From assembly GCA_036491035.1 (NCBI GenBank), contig DASXCU010000150.1, positions 3,560 through 67,559 of the forward strand: a stretch of 64,000 nt of DNA, in the 5' to 3' direction. Shown piece after piece: positions 43,199 to 53,441 of this stretch (positions within the stretch are counted from its first letter, which is position 1; the number at the start of each line of letters is the position of its first letter). Position numbers and translations under genes: made by a program. The notes below the pieces were generated by a model. It saw only the letters and a program-made list of their open reading frames with translations, made no database searches and had not been told where the DNA came from. The stretch comes from Galbitalea sp. GTDB lineage: Bacteria; Actinomycetota; Actinomycetes; Actinomycetales; Microbacteriaceae.

Positions 43199-46100
43199 AT
43201 GGCTGTTTCGCCACCCTCGCCCCTGGATTCCCGGGGCACCGCGTTCCGCGCCGGCCTGCCCGGCGCCGCTTTCAGCTCCGTTCCGGCGGCCGCCGGACTC
43301 TACAACCCGGCGTCCGAGAAGGACGCGTGCGGGCTCGCCATGGTGGCGACGCTGCGCGGGACTGCGGGTCACGACATCATCGCGCTCGCGCTCGAAGCCC
43401 TTCGTCACCTGGAGCACCGCGGCGCGATCGGCTCCGATGCCGGAACCGGGGACGGCGCGGGCATTATCACGCAGATCCCGGATGAGTTCCTGCGCGCGGT
43501 CGTTCCGTTCGAGCTGCCTGCCGTCGGTTCGTACGCGGTCGGCATGGCTTACCTGCCGACGGATGCGGCCGAGCGGGCGGAACTGAAGAGCGGTATCGGC
43601 ACCATCGCCGAAAGCGAGGGCCTCACCGTTCTCGGCTGGCGCGACGTTCCGGTCAACCCCGAGCAGATTGGCAACCTCGCCCGAGAGGCGATGCCCGCAT
43701 TCGAGCAACTCTTCGTCGGGTCTGCACGATCCGGGAACGTTCAGGGAATCGCGCTCGACCGTCTCGCCTTCCGGCTGCGTAAGCGAGCCGAGCGCGAACT
43801 CGGCGCATACTTCCCGTCCCTGTCGTGCCGGACGCTCGTCTACAAGGGCATGGTCACGACCCTGCAGCTTGAGCCGTTCTATCCGGATCTCTCCGACGAG
43901 CGATTTGCGTCGAAGCTCGCGCTCGTGCATTCGCGCTACTCGACGAACACGTTTCCGTCGTGGCCGCTCGCCCAGCCGTTCCGGATGATTGCGCACAACG
44001 GCGAGATCAACACCGTGCAGGGCAACCGCAACTGGATGCGCGCGCGCCAGTCCCAGCTCGAGTCCGAATTGATCGGCGACATTGCGCCGCTCCTTCCGAT
44101 CGTGACGCCCGGGGCAAGCGACTCGGCGTCGTTCGACGAGGTAGTCGAACTGCTGAGCCTCACCGGACGCTCGCTCCCGCACTCGATCATGATGATGGTG
44201 CCGGAGGCCTGGGAGAACCAGCCAGACATCGACCCGGTGCGGAGAAGCTTCTTCGAATATCACTCGATGCTCATGGAGCCGTGGGATGGACCAGCGGCTC
44301 TGGTGTTTACGGACGGAACCCTCGTGGGGGCGACCCTCGACCGCAACGGCCTTCGCCCCGGTCGCTACCTCGTGACCGACGACGACCTCGTCGTGCTCGC
44401 GAGCGAGATCGGCGTGCTGGACATCGCCCCCGAGAAGATCGTCCGTAAGGGTCGGCTTCGCCCCGGCAGGATGTTCCTCGTCGACACGGAGGCGGGTCGC
44501 CTCATCGACGACGACGAGATTAAATCGGAGCTGGCGGCATCCCAGCCGTGGGGCGAGTGGCTCGACCAGGGCCGCATCAACCTCAAGCACCTTCCGGAGC
44601 GCGAGCACATCGTGCACACGCCGGCTTCCGTCACCCGCCGCCAGCGCACCTTCGGGTACACCGAGGAGGAGGTGCGCATGCTCATCGCCCCGATGGCGAA
44701 GAACGGTGCCGAGCCGCTCGGCGCGATGGGTTCGGACACCCCGATCGCGGTGCTGTCCGAGCGACCGCGGCTGTTGTTCGACTACTTCGCCCAACAGTTC
44801 GCCCAGGTGACCAACCCGCCTCTCGACTCGATCCGCGAAGAGACCGTCACCTCGATGAGCCTTGGACTGGGGCCGGAGCGCAACCTGCTGACGGCGACGC
44901 CGGAACACGCGAAGCAGGTCATCCTCGACTTCCCGGTGATCGATAACGACGAACTCGCGAAGATCCAGCACATCGACCCGACGCCCGGATCAGCGCTGAC
45001 CACCACGATTCGTGGGCTCTATCGCGTCGACAAGGGCCAGCGCGCCATGGAGAAGCGACTCGCGAAGATGTGCGTCGAGGTCGACGAGGCGATCGAGGCC
45101 GGGGCGCAGTTCATCGTGCTGTCCGACCGCGATTCCAACAAGGACTACGCGCCCATCCCGTCCCTGCTCATGGTCGCGACCGTGCACCACCACCTGATCC
45201 GTTCCGAGAACCGGATGAAGATCGGCATCGTCGCCGAAGTCGGCGACGTTCGCGAGGTGCATCACGTCGCCCTTCTGATTGGCTACGGAGCATCGGCCAT
45301 CAACCCGTACCTGGCGATGGAGACGGCGGAAGAGCTGGTGCGAAACGGCATGATCACCGGCGTCACGGGCGAGAAGGCCGTGAAGAACCTGATCAAAGCG
45401 CTTGGCAAGGGCGTGCTGAAGACGATGTCGAAGATGGGGATCTCCGTCGTCGGGTCGTACGCGGCAGCGCAGGCCTTCGAGGCGATCGGCCTGTCACAGG
45501 AATTCGTGGACCAGTACTTCACCGGAACGACGAGCCTCCTCGGCGGCGTCGGCATCGACGTGATCGCGGACGAAAACGCCGCACGTCACGCGGATGCGTA
45601 TCCGGAAGACGGTGCCGTGAGCATCCACGAGCGGCTCGCGACCGGCGGCGAGTACCAGTGGCGCCGCGAGGGTCCGCCGCACCTGTTCAACCCGGAGACC
45701 GTTTTCAAGCTCCAGCACGCCACTCGGGCGCGCCGCTACGACATCTTCCGCGACTACACGCGACTCGTTGATGAACAGGCCGAGCGCCTGATGACGCTGC
45801 GCGGCCTCTTCACCCTGCGAAAGGGTGCGCGCCCGGCGGTGCCGATCGATGAGGTCGAGCCCGTCTCGGCCATCGTTTCGCGATTCTCGACCGGCGCGAT
45901 GAGCTACGGATCGATCTCGAAGGAGGCGCACGAGACGCTCGCCATCGCGATGAACTCGATCGGTGGCAAGTCCAACACTGGCGAGGGCGGCGAAGACGTC
46001 GATCGACTGCTTGACCCGGCTCGCCGCAGCGCGATCAAGCAGGTCGCGTCCGGACGGTTCGGCGTCACGAGCCTCTACCTCACGAACGCCACGGACATCC

Positions 46101-47809
46101 AGATCAAGATGGCGCAGGGTGCGAAGCCCGGAGAGGGCGGGCAGCTGCCCTCGAGCAAGGTCTACCCGTGGATTGCCCGCACACGCCACGGCACGGCGGG
46201 CGTTGGGCTGATCTCGCCGCCGCCGCACCACGACATCTACTCGATCGAGGACCTGAAACAGCTGATCTTCGACCTGAAGCGCGCGAACCCCGCCGCCCGG
46301 GTGCACGTCAAACTGGTAAGCCAGGCCGGGATCGGCGCGGTCGCCGCCGGGGTGACCAAAGCCCTCGCCGACGTCGTTCTCGTGTCCGGTCACGACGGTG
46401 GAACGGGGTCAAGCCCGCTGAGCTCCCTGAAGCACGCGGGAACCCCGTGGGAGATCGGGCTGGCCGAGACCCAGCAGACGCTGATGCTCAACGGCATGCG
46501 CTCGCGCGTCGTCGTCCAGGTGGATGGCCAGTTGAAGACCGGACGCGACGTGATCATCGGCGCGCTGCTCGGCGCAGAGGAATTCGGTTTCGCAACAGCA
46601 CCACTGGTCGTCTCCGGATGCATCCTGATGCGGGTCTGTCACCTGGACACGTGCCCGGTCGGAGTGGCGACCCAGAACCCGGTCCTCCGCGAACGCTTCA
46701 CCGGCAAGCCGGAGTTCGTCGTCAACTTCATGGAATTCCTGGCGCAGGAGGTTCGCGAATACCTCGCCGAGCTCGGCTTCCGCAGCATCCAGGAGGCCGT
46801 CGGTCACTCCGAGCTGCTGGACGTCGATCGTGCCGTCGAGCACTGGAAGGCGTCCGGACTGGACCTCGCGCCCGTTCTGGTGGGGCCGGAATTCGCTGCC
46901 GACGAACCGCGGCACAACGAGCACGGGCAGAAGCACGACCTCGACAAGCACTTCGACAACGAACTGATCCGCCTCGGCGCGGACGCACTCGAGGGACGCG
47001 GTTCGGTGTCGATCGACCTGCCGATCCGCAACACGGAGCGCGCGGTTGGCACGATGCTCGGCCACGAGATCACGGTTCGCCACGGTGAGCACGGACTTCC
47101 GTCCGGCACGATCGACGTGACACTGCGCGGCTCGGCAGGGCAGTCTCTCGGCGCCTTCATGCCGAGTGGAATCACCCTCCGACTGTTCGGTGACAGCAAC
47201 GACTATGTCGGCAAGGGACTCTGCGGCGGCGAGATCATCATCCGTCCCGACGAGAAAGCGACGCTCACCGCCGAGGACAACGTGATCGCCGGGAACGTGA
47301 TCGGATACGGCGCGACGCGGGGCAGCCTGTTCCTGCGCGGCACGGTCGGACAGCGGTTCCTGGTGCGCAACTCCGGTGCGACCGCGGTGGTCGAAGGAGT
47401 GGGCAACCACGCGCTCGAGTACATGACCGGCGGTCTCGCGGTGATCCTGGGGGAGACCGGGCACAACCTCGGCTCAGGGATGTCGGGCGGAACGGCGTAC
47501 ATCTACCGGCTCCGCTCGGAGCACGTCAATCGCGAGTCCCTCGGCAGCGGCGAGCTGCGGCTCGAGTCGCTGGGCAGCGCCGATCTCGAGATCCTTCAGG
47601 ATCTGCTGGAGCGGCACCTGGCCGAGACCGAGTCGGCAGTAGCGGGCCGGATGCTCGCCGATCTGCCGGCCGCCGGCGCGGAATTCACCAAAGTTGTTCC
47701 GCGCGACTACGCGGCGGTGCTGGAAACCAGGGAACTCGCGCTTGCCGAGGGCCTGGACCCCGACGGCGATGTCGTCTGGTCTCGAATCATGGAGGTGACG
47801 GGTGGCTAG
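43199..47809 (+). CDS. gltB: glutamate synthase large subunit
   Basis: 1536 aa. Ntn amidotransferase Cys after a propeptide ([11 protein letters not shown]), an FMN / 3Fe-4S domain, and a GXGXG C-terminal beta-helix. Confidence 0.97.
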   Translation: MAVSPPSPLDSRGTAFRAGLPGAAFSSVPAAAGLYNPASEKDACGLAMVATLRGTAGHDIIALALEALRHLEHRGAIGSDAGTGDGAGIITQIPDEFLRAVVPFELPAVGSYAVGMAYLPTDAAERAELKSGIGTIAESEGLTVLGWRDVPVNPEQIGNLAREAMPAFEQLFVGSARSGNVQGIALDRLAFRLRKRAERELGAYFPSLSCRTLVYKGMVTTLQLEPFYPDLSDERFASKLALVHSRYSTNTFPSWPLAQPFRMIAHNGEINTVQGNRNWMRARQSQLESELIGDIAPLLPIVTPGASDSASFDEVVELLSLTGRSLPHSIMMMVPEAWENQPDIDPVRRSFFEYHSMLMEPWDGPAALVFTDGTLVGATLDRNGLRPGRYLVTDDDLVVLASEIGVLDIAPEKIVRKGRLRPGRMFLVDTEAGRLIDDDEIKSELAASQPWGEWLDQGRINLKHLPEREHIVHTPASVTRRQRTFGYTEEEVRMLIAPMAKNGAEPLGAMGSDTPIAVLSERPRLLFDYFAQQFAQVTNPPLDSIREETVTSMSLGLGPERNLLTATPEHAKQVILDFPVIDNDELAKIQHIDPTPGSALTTTIRGLYRVDKGQRAMEKRLAKMCVEVDEAIEAGAQFIVLSDRDSNKDYAPIPSLLMVATVHHHLIRSENRMKIGIVAEVGDVREVHHVALLIGYGASAINPYLAMETAEELVRNGMITGVTGEKAVKNLIKALGKGVLKTMSKMGISVVGSYAAAQAFEAIGLSQEFVDQYFTGTTSLLGGVGIDVIADENAARHADAYPEDGAVSIHERLATGGEYQWRREGPPHLFNPETVFKLQHATRARRYDIFRDYTRLVDEQAERLMTLRGLFTLRKGARPAVPIDEVEPVSAIVSRFSTGAMSYGSISKEAHETLAIAMNSIGGKSNTGEGGEDVDRLLDPARRSAIKQVASGRFGVTSLYLTNATDIQIKMAQGAKPGEGGQLPSSKVYPWIARTRHGTAGVGLISPPPHHDIYSIEDLKQLIFDLKRANPAARVHVKLVSQAGIGAVAAGVTKALADVVLVSGHDGGTGSSPLSSLKHAGTPWEIGLAETQQTLMLNGMRSRVVVQVDGQLKTGRDVIIGALLGAEEFGFATAPLVVSGCILMRVCHLDTCPVGVATQNPVLRERFTGKPEFVVNFMEFLAQEVREYLAELGFRSIQEAVGHSELLDVDRAVEHWKASGLDLAPVLVGPEFAADEPRHNEHGQKHDLDKHFDNELIRLGADALEGRGSVSIDLPIRNTERAVGTMLGHEITVRHGEHGLPSGTIDVTLRGSAGQSLGAFMPSGITLRLFGDSNDYVGKGLCGGEIIIRPDEKATLTAEDNVIAGNVIGYGATRGSLFLRGTVGQRFLVRNSGATAVVEGVGNHALEYMTGGLAVILGETGHNLGSGMSGGTAYIYRLRSEHVNRESLGSGELRLESLGSADLEILQDLLERHLAETESAVAGRMLADLPAAGAEFTKVVPRDYAAVLETRELALAEGLDPDGDVVWSRIMEVTGG

Positions 47810-47818
47810 CCCCGCAGG

Positions 47819-47857
47819 AGTTACGGTCCCTGCTGTACAAGTTACGGTCCCGGCTGT
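47819..47857 (+). repeat. two copies of an 18-nt direct repeat with a 21-nt period in the gltB-gltD spacer
   Basis: AGTTACGGTCCCTGCTGT (47819..47836) and AGTTACGGTCCCGGCTGT (47840..47857), identical at 17 of 18 positions. Confidence 0.6.
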
Positions 47858-47883
47858 GTTCACTAACCGCGTGGAGGTCACCG

Positions 47884-49341
47884 ATGGCTGATCCGAAGGG
47901 CTTTCTCAAGGTTCCCGATCGCGAGACGCCTCCGCGTCGACCCGTCGCACTCCGGCTCATGGACTGGAAAGAGGTCTACGAGCAGGGCGACGCGGCCACG
48001 CTGAAGCGCCAGGCCGGACGCTGCATGGACTGCGGCATCCCGTTCTGCCATCACGGCTGCCCGCTCGGCAACCTCATTCCGGAATGGAACGACCTCACCT
48101 GGCGGGACGAGGGGCGCGCCGCGATCGAGCGGCTTCACGCCACCAACAACTTCCCGGAGTTCACCGGTCGGCTATGCCCCGCGCCGTGCGAGTCGTCCTG
48201 CGTGCTCGGTATCAGCCAGGACCCGGTCACCATCAAGCAGGTCGAGGTCTCGATTATCGACCAGGCGTTCGCGAACGGCTGGGTGACGCCGCATCCGCCC
48301 GAGCGACTGACCGGCAAGACGGTCGCGGTCGTCGGATCGGGACCGGCTGGTCTTGCCGCTGCCCAACAGCTCACGCGCGCCGGCCACACGGTCGCCGTCT
48401 ACGAGCGGGATGACCGCATCGGCGGCCTGCTGCGGTACGGGATCCCGGACTTCAAGATGGAGAAGAAGCACCTCGAGACGCGCCTGGCGCAGATGCAGGC
48501 CGAGGGAACACGCTTCCGTGCCGGCGTCGAGATCGGCGTGGACATCAGCTGGTCCGAGCTGAAGTCACGGTACGACGCCGTGATCGTCGCGACGGGTGCG
48601 ATGGAGCCGCGCGACCTGTCAGTGCCCGGGCGCGACCTGCTGGGCGTGCATTTCGCCATGGACTACCTGGTGCAGCAGAACCGCGTCGGTGCCGGCGACT
48701 TCGTCGGCGAGCAGCTCACCGCGCAGGGCAAGCACGTCGTCGTCCTCGGCGGCGGTGACACGGGTGCGGACTGCATCGGCACGGCACACCGCCAGGGCGC
48801 ACTCTCGGTCACGAATCTCGCGATCGGTGTGCAGCCGCCGAACGAGCGTCCCGATTACCAGCCGTGGCCCATGTACCCGAACCTCTTCGAGGTGTCGAGC
48901 GCACACGAAGAGGGCGGCGAGCGCGTGTACCTCGCCTCGACGGTCGAATTCCTCTCCAACGAGGTCGGCGAAGTCCGCGGGATACGGGTGGCCGAGACCG
49001 AGTACCTGGATGGTCGGCGCGTTCCGAAGTCGGGCACAGAGCGGGACATTCCGGCCGATCTGGTTCTGCTCGCTCTCGGTTTCACGGGGCCGGCGGATGC
49101 CGGGATCTCCGAGCAGCTTTCGCTCCTGTTCGATGATCGGGGTAACCTTTCTCGCGATGAGCAGTACGAAACAGCTACGTCCGGTGTCTTCGTCGCCGGT
49201 GACGCCGGTCGCGGTCAGTCGCTCATCGTCTGGGCGATCGCCGAGGGCCGAGCTGCCGCATCCGCTGTCGATCGATTCCTGGAGGGCTCGACGGAGCTGC
49301 CATTCCCAGTGAAGCCCTCCGACCGCGCGCTGTCCCTGTAG
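47884..49341 (+). CDS. gltD: glutamate synthase small subunit
   Basis: Fe-S Cys cluster (RCMDCGIPFC, CPAPCESSC). VAVVGSGPAGLAAAQQL. GGAGG RBS. Confidence 0.95.
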   Translation: MADPKGFLKVPDRETPPRRPVALRLMDWKEVYEQGDAATLKRQAGRCMDCGIPFCHHGCPLGNLIPEWNDLTWRDEGRAAIERLHATNNFPEFTGRLCPAPCESSCVLGISQDPVTIKQVEVSIIDQAFANGWVTPHPPERLTGKTVAVVGSGPAGLAAAQQLTRAGHTVAVYERDDRIGGLLRYGIPDFKMEKKHLETRLAQMQAEGTRFRAGVEIGVDISWSELKSRYDAVIVATGAMEPRDLSVPGRDLLGVHFAMDYLVQQNRVGAGDFVGEQLTAQGKHVVVLGGGDTGADCIGTAHRQGALSVTNLAIGVQPPNERPDYQPWPMYPNLFEVSSAHEEGGERVYLASTVEFLSNEVGEVRGIRVAETEYLDGRRVPKSGTERDIPADLVLLALGFTGPADAGISEQLSLLFDDRGNLSRDEQYETATSGVFVAGDAGRGQSLIVWAIAEGRAAASAVDRFLEGSTELPFPVKPSDRALSL

Positions 49342-49431
49342 CGCCGCTCGCCAGCGGTGGGTTTCACACCCGATTTCGTTTTCCCTGCACAGACTCTGCA
49401 CCACCAACCACCACCACCACAGAAGGACCCA

Positions 49432-50874
49432 ATGAGACGAGCAAAAATCGTCGCGACACTTGGCCCAGCCACGTCGAGCTACGAGAACATCCGCGCGATC
49501 ATCGATGCCGGTGTCGATGTCGCGAGAATGAACCTGAGCCACGGCTCGTACGAGGTGCACGAAGAGGTTTACAAGAACGTGCGCAAGGCGGCCGAGGATT
49601 CCGGCAAGGCCGTGGCAGTGCTGGTGGACCTGCAGGGACCCAAGATCCGACTCGGCAAGTTCGAGGCGGGTCCCTACGAACTGGGTGTCGGTGACATCTT
49701 CAAGATCACGACGGAGGACGTGCTCGGCACGAAGGAACTCTCCGGCACCACCTTCAAAGGACTGCCGCAGGATGTTTCGCCCGGCGACTTCCTGCTTATC
49801 GACGATGGCAAGGTGAAGGTCAAGGTCCTCGAGACGGATGGCACGGTCGTCACGACCGAGGTGATCGTCGCCGGCCCGGTGTCGAATAACAAGGGAATCA
49901 ACCTTCCCGGAGTCGCCGTGAACGTGCCCGCGCTTTCCGAGAAGGACGAGGACGACCTCCGCTGGGGCCTGCGCCTCGGCTGCGATCTGATCGCCCTCTC
50001 GTTCGTTCGCGATGCCAGCGACATCACGCGCGTGCACGAGATCATGGAGGAGGAGGGCCGCCGGGTTCCGGTGATCGCCAAGATCGAAAAGCCGCAGGCC
50101 GTCGACCACCTCGAGGAGATCATCGACGCATTCGACTCGATCATGGTCGCCCGTGGCGATCTCGGCGTCGAGCTTCCCCTCGAGGCCGTTCCGATCGTCC
50201 AGAAGCGCGCAGTTGAACTGGCCCGTCGCATGGCCAAGCCCGTGATCGTCGCGACCCAGATGCTGGAGTCGATGATCTCGTCGCCCGTCCCGACGCGCGC
50301 CGAGACCTCGGATGTTGCCAACGCGGTGCTCGACGGCGCGGACGCGGTGATGCTCAGCGGCGAGACGAGCGTCGGTGCCTACCCGGTCATCACGGTTCAG
50401 ACCATGGCGCGAATCGTCGAATCCACGGAGGACCATGGCCTCGAGCGCATCCCACCGCTTGGCACGAAGCCGCGCACGCAGGGCGGTGCGATCACCCTCG
50501 CGGCCGTTGAGGTCGCTGACTTCGTCGACGCGAAATTCGTCTGCGTCTTCACCGAGTCGGGGGACGCCGCCCGGCGCATGTCCCGCCTTCGCTACAAGGT
50601 GCCGATGAAGGCATTCACTCCGGAACCCGCCATCCGTCGTCGGATGGCACTGTTCTGGGGCATCGAGTCATTCGTCGTGGAACGCGTCACCCACACCGAT
50701 GCGATGTACCACCAGGTGGACGAGATCCTGCTCGGTCAGGGACTGGCGGAGCCAGGCGACAAGGTCGTCGTGATCTCCGGTTCCCCTCCCGGGGTGTCCG
50801 GCTCGACCAACGACCTGCGTGTCCACATCGTGGGCGACGCGGCAAACGCTCCGGAGCCCGAACACCACGACTAA
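49432..50874 (+). CDS. pyk: pyruvate kinase
   Basis: MRRAKIVATLGPAT, ARMNLSHG, VARGDLGVE, ATQMLESM, MLSGETS. AGAAGGA RBS before the ATG at 49432. Confidence 0.95.
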   Translation: MRRAKIVATLGPATSSYENIRAIIDAGVDVARMNLSHGSYEVHEEVYKNVRKAAEDSGKAVAVLVDLQGPKIRLGKFEAGPYELGVGDIFKITTEDVLGTKELSGTTFKGLPQDVSPGDFLLIDDGKVKVKVLETDGTVVTTEVIVAGPVSNNKGINLPGVAVNVPALSEKDEDDLRWGLRLGCDLIALSFVRDASDITRVHEIMEEEGRRVPVIAKIEKPQAVDHLEEIIDAFDSIMVARGDLGVELPLEAVPIVQKRAVELARRMAKPVIVATQMLESMISSPVPTRAETSDVANAVLDGADAVMLSGETSVGAYPVITVQTMARIVESTEDHGLERIPPLGTKPRTQGGAITLAAVEVADFVDAKFVCVFTESGDAARRMSRLRYKVPMKAFTPEPAIRRRMALFWGIESFVVERVTHTDAMYHQVDEILLGQGLAEPGDKVVVISGSPPGVSGSTNDLRVHIVGDAANAPEPEHHD

Positions 50875-51617
50875 TCGTCGGTGTACTGCCCGAAGAACCA
50901 GTTGTCGGCGATGTGTTCGCCCATTGCGGCGGCGGCAGCTTTGCCGTCGCCTGCAACGAGGTAATCGCGCACTCGTCGCAGCGAGGCGTTCGACTCGTTG
51001 TATTCCTCGCGAGTGAACGAGAGCGCGCCCAGGTTGCGCACCTCGTTGACGAGCTGGAAGACGACGGCACGGGCGACATCGTTGCCGGATGCGCGGTGCA
51101 TGAGTCGGTGGATGCGATCGTCGAGGGCCTGGACGTCGCGCCAGTCGTCCGAGGCGTCCATTTGGTCGAGCATCCGATCCAGCTCTTCGAAGTCGGCGAG
51201 GCTCAGGTGGCCGGCAGCGCGTTCGATCATGCCCATCTCGAGGTCACGGCGAAGCGTGAGTACGTCCCGGCGAAGCACGCCGGACGAATCCATTTCGAGG
51301 GAGATGCGCAGCACATCCGCGTCGAGCAGCATCCATTCGTCCTTCGGGAGCACGGTCGTGCCGTCGCCGCGGCGAATTCGGATCAGGCCCTTTTGCTCGA
51401 CGAGCTTGAGCGCCTCACGAATGACCGGGCGACTGACTTCGTAATAGTCACAGAGCCCGGCCTCGTTCGGCAGCGTCGTCCAAGGCTCGAGCACACCGCG
51501 CACGATGCGGTCCACGACATCTGCGGCGACGTCGACGCTGAGGCGCGCTCCACGTCGTGGTCGCCACGGTGCCGGGTCGGTGGAGGGTACGGAGTCGCTC
51601 ACCTGAGTTCCCTTCAA
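50871..51617 (-). CDS. GntR/FadR-family transcriptional regulator
   Basis: Winged HTH (LPNEAGLCDYYEVSRPVIREALKLVEQKGLIRIRRGDGTTV) plus an all-helical FCD-like C-terminal domain. The start is TTG 51617 or GTG 51602. Its stop codon overlaps the pyk stop codon. Confidence 0.8.
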   Translation of the reverse strand: MKGTQVSDSVPSTDPAPWRPRRGARLSVDVAADVVDRIVRGVLEPWTTLPNEAGLCDYYEVSRPVIREALKLVEQKGLIRIRRGDGTTVLPKDEWMLLDADVLRISLEMDSSGVLRRDVLTLRRDLEMGMIERAAGHLSLADFEELDRMLDQMDASDDWRDVQALDDRIHRLMHRASGNDVARAVVFQLVNEVRNLGALSFTREEYNESNASLRRVRDYLVAGDGKAAAAAMGEHIADNWFFGQYTDD

Positions 51618-51645
51618 TTACTGCGTCACGCTAGCATCCGAAGGT

Positions 51646-51666
51646 GTTTGACAGTAGACGTCAAAC
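51646..51666. promoter_or_regulatory. operator-like palindrome GTTTGAC-N7-GTCAAAC overlapping a TTGACA -35 box
   Basis: A perfect 7-bp inverted repeat 29 nt upstream of the GntR-family gene start. GT..AC half-sites fit the general GntR-family operator style. TTGACA lies at 51648..51653, with TATCTT 17 nt downstream on the + strand. Confidence 0.35.
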
Positions 51667-51847
51667 GTAATATCTTTCGAATGAGAGTTTCGTTCTGCCT
51701 TTCGGGTTACGGCGGAATCTCCAACCACTCTCCATGTCTTTTGGAGCTGCGGGGGAAGTTCGAATCCAATCGGGGGATTGGACATACGCGGGTGCCTTTC
51801 GGGTAGGTGCCCGCGTTTCCCGTTTAACGGCCGATCCATTGCGTTTG

Positions 51848-51930
51848 TGCCGGTGGTGGGGGTCGAACCCACACGCCCTTTCGAGCAAAGCATTTTGAGT
51901 GCTCCGCGTCTGCCATTCCGCCACACCGGC
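51848..51930 (-). tRNA. tRNA-Leu (anticodon CAA), CCA not encoded
   Basis: Folded by hand. Acceptor stem GCCGGTG/CACCGGC. D-arm GCGGAATGGCAGACGC. Anticodon stem GAGCA/TGCTT with loop CTCAAAA. Long variable arm. T-arm GTGGG-TTCGACC-CCCAC. Discriminator A. Confidence 0.85.
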
Positions 51931-51968
51931 GCACAACAACGCATCGAACTTTACCGTAGGGTTGGAAC

Positions 51969-52589
51969 GTGAGCGATCAGGCATCAGCGCCAGTGGAGAA
52001 GGGTTCCTCGGCACCCCGCCGTGTCGTGGTCGCTGAGGATGAGTCACTCATTCGCCTCGACATCGTCGAAACCCTTCGCGACAACGGATTCGAGGTCGTC
52101 GGTGAGGCAGCCGACGGCGAGACCGCTGTCGCCCTTGCCACCGAACTTCGTCCGGATCTCGTGATCATGGACGTCAAGATGCCGCAGCTCGATGGCATCT
52201 CGGCGGCCGAGCGACTCACCAAGAATCACATCGCGCCCGTCGTGCTCCTGACCGCGTTCAGCCAGAAGGAACTGGTGGAGCGCGCGAGCGAGGCGGGCGC
52301 CCTGGCCTACGTCGTCAAGCCGTTCACTCCCAACGACCTGCTGCCGGCGATCGAAATCGCTCTCGCCCGTTACGCACAGATCCTCACGCTCGAGGCGGAG
52401 GTGTCCGACCTCGTCGAGCGCTTCGAGACCCGCAAGCTGGTCGATCGTGCCAAGGGCCTGTTGAACGAGAAGATGGGTCTCACCGAGCCCGAGGCGTTCC
52501 GGTGGATCCAGAAGGCATCCATGGATCGTCGACTGACCATGCACGACGTGTCCGCCGCGATCATCGAGCAGCTCAGCGCCAAGAAATAG
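51969..52589 (+). CDS. pdtaR: ANTAR-domain response regulator (PdtaR-like)
   Basis: Receiver domain (VVVAEDE...DLVIMDVKMP) followed by an ANTAR domain (LETRKLVDRAKGLLNEKMGLTEPEAFRWIQKASMDRRLTM). Confidence 0.88.
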   Translation: MSDQASAPVEKGSSAPRRVVVAEDESLIRLDIVETLRDNGFEVVGEAADGETAVALATELRPDLVIMDVKMPQLDGISAAERLTKNHIAPVVLLTAFSQKELVERASEAGALAYVVKPFTPNDLLPAIEIALARYAQILTLEAEVSDLVERFETRKLVDRAKGLLNEKMGLTEPEAFRWIQKASMDRRLTMHDVSAAIIEQLSAKK

Positions 52590-52736
52590 CGTCTGCACCC
52601 GACGGCGAGGACGGCTGACTCCCGTTCTGCAGGTGTTTGCGCGATCGACTGCTCTGCATCCAACTCAACATGTGATTGCGAGCGGGTAACCCCTGCACAA
52701 CGCGAGTTAGATCTGCGGTCGCGAGCTTGTTGCGCT

Positions 52737-53441
52737 TTAGTCGTCGAGCAGTCGCGGTCGGATGCGAGACAGCTGCTCGTCAGACAGACCAGCGTCGAGC
52801 AGGTACTGCTCGATGTCAATCGCGTCGAGGAAGGTGCCGAGCTCCGCGAGCGCGGTCGCGAGATTGGCATCCAGCTGGTCGTCGGTCTGCGGTGCTTCAC
52901 GGAATTCGTCGGACCGCTTCCATCCGTGGAACGCTCGCACCACGTCGGCATGGTCGTCGAGAATTGCGGTGCGGTCGACGCCGACCAGCTCCTCGATCAT
53001 GGCCGAATCATCCCTGTGCGGTCTCGTCCGGCCCCGCAGTGGAACAGCACCGGGCTCGGGGCATCGGCAATTGCGCCGATGGCGGCCGCGATGGGCGCGG
53101 GCCAGCGCCTCAGCACCTCCGGGTAGTACAACGGGGGAGCCGAGTCGATTGCCCCACTCCGCCATGAAGTCGTCGTCGCCCTGGTCCTCAACCGGCCGAC
53201 GGTGGACGACCAGGGCAACCGGCCGCAGCGTCTCGGTGAGAACTTCATCGTCGTTGCGAAGATCGACGATGGTGGTCACACCGCTCGCAATCATGGCCGC
53301 CCATCCATTCATATCGAGCGCGTCGGGCTTCATCGATCGGAAAAGCTGACCGGAACGAGTGGATCCGACACCCGTGGGAAGTCCACCCAGGTCCCACGCG
53401 TTCTCGAGGTTGAGGCGACGGCTCTCCCGCTCACTGGTCAC
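52737..53441 (-). pseudogene. tyrosine-protein phosphatase family (Y_phosphatase3-like), catalytic segment out of frame
   Basis: The open 234-codon frame has a family-like N-terminus (NAWDLGGLPT...GQLFRS, GVTTIVDLRNDDE) and C-terminus (VGVDRTAILDDHA). The CX5R P-loop VLFHCGAGRDRTG is encoded only in the +1 frame (track ORF 52997..53248). Confidence 0.6.

Noticed and set aside
47819-47857. Direct repeats considered as a CRISPR-like or minisatellite array.
   Set aside because: There are only two copies with a 3-nt spacer and no cas genes, so they are kept only as a possible regulatory repeat.
50871-50874. The convergent pyk and GntR-family genes overlap in their stop codons (TAA on the + strand, TAG on the - strand).
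   Set aside because: The overlap is real but is a trivial consequence of compact packing and carries no further signal.
51755-51781. A GTTCGAATCC T-loop-like string suggesting a second tRNA, a pseudo-tRNA or an integration att repeat next to tRNA-Leu.
   Set aside because: The flanks (GGAAG / CCAAT) cannot form a T-stem, and no acceptor or anticodon arms can be drawn. There is no repeat of the tRNA-Leu 3' end and no integrase nearby.
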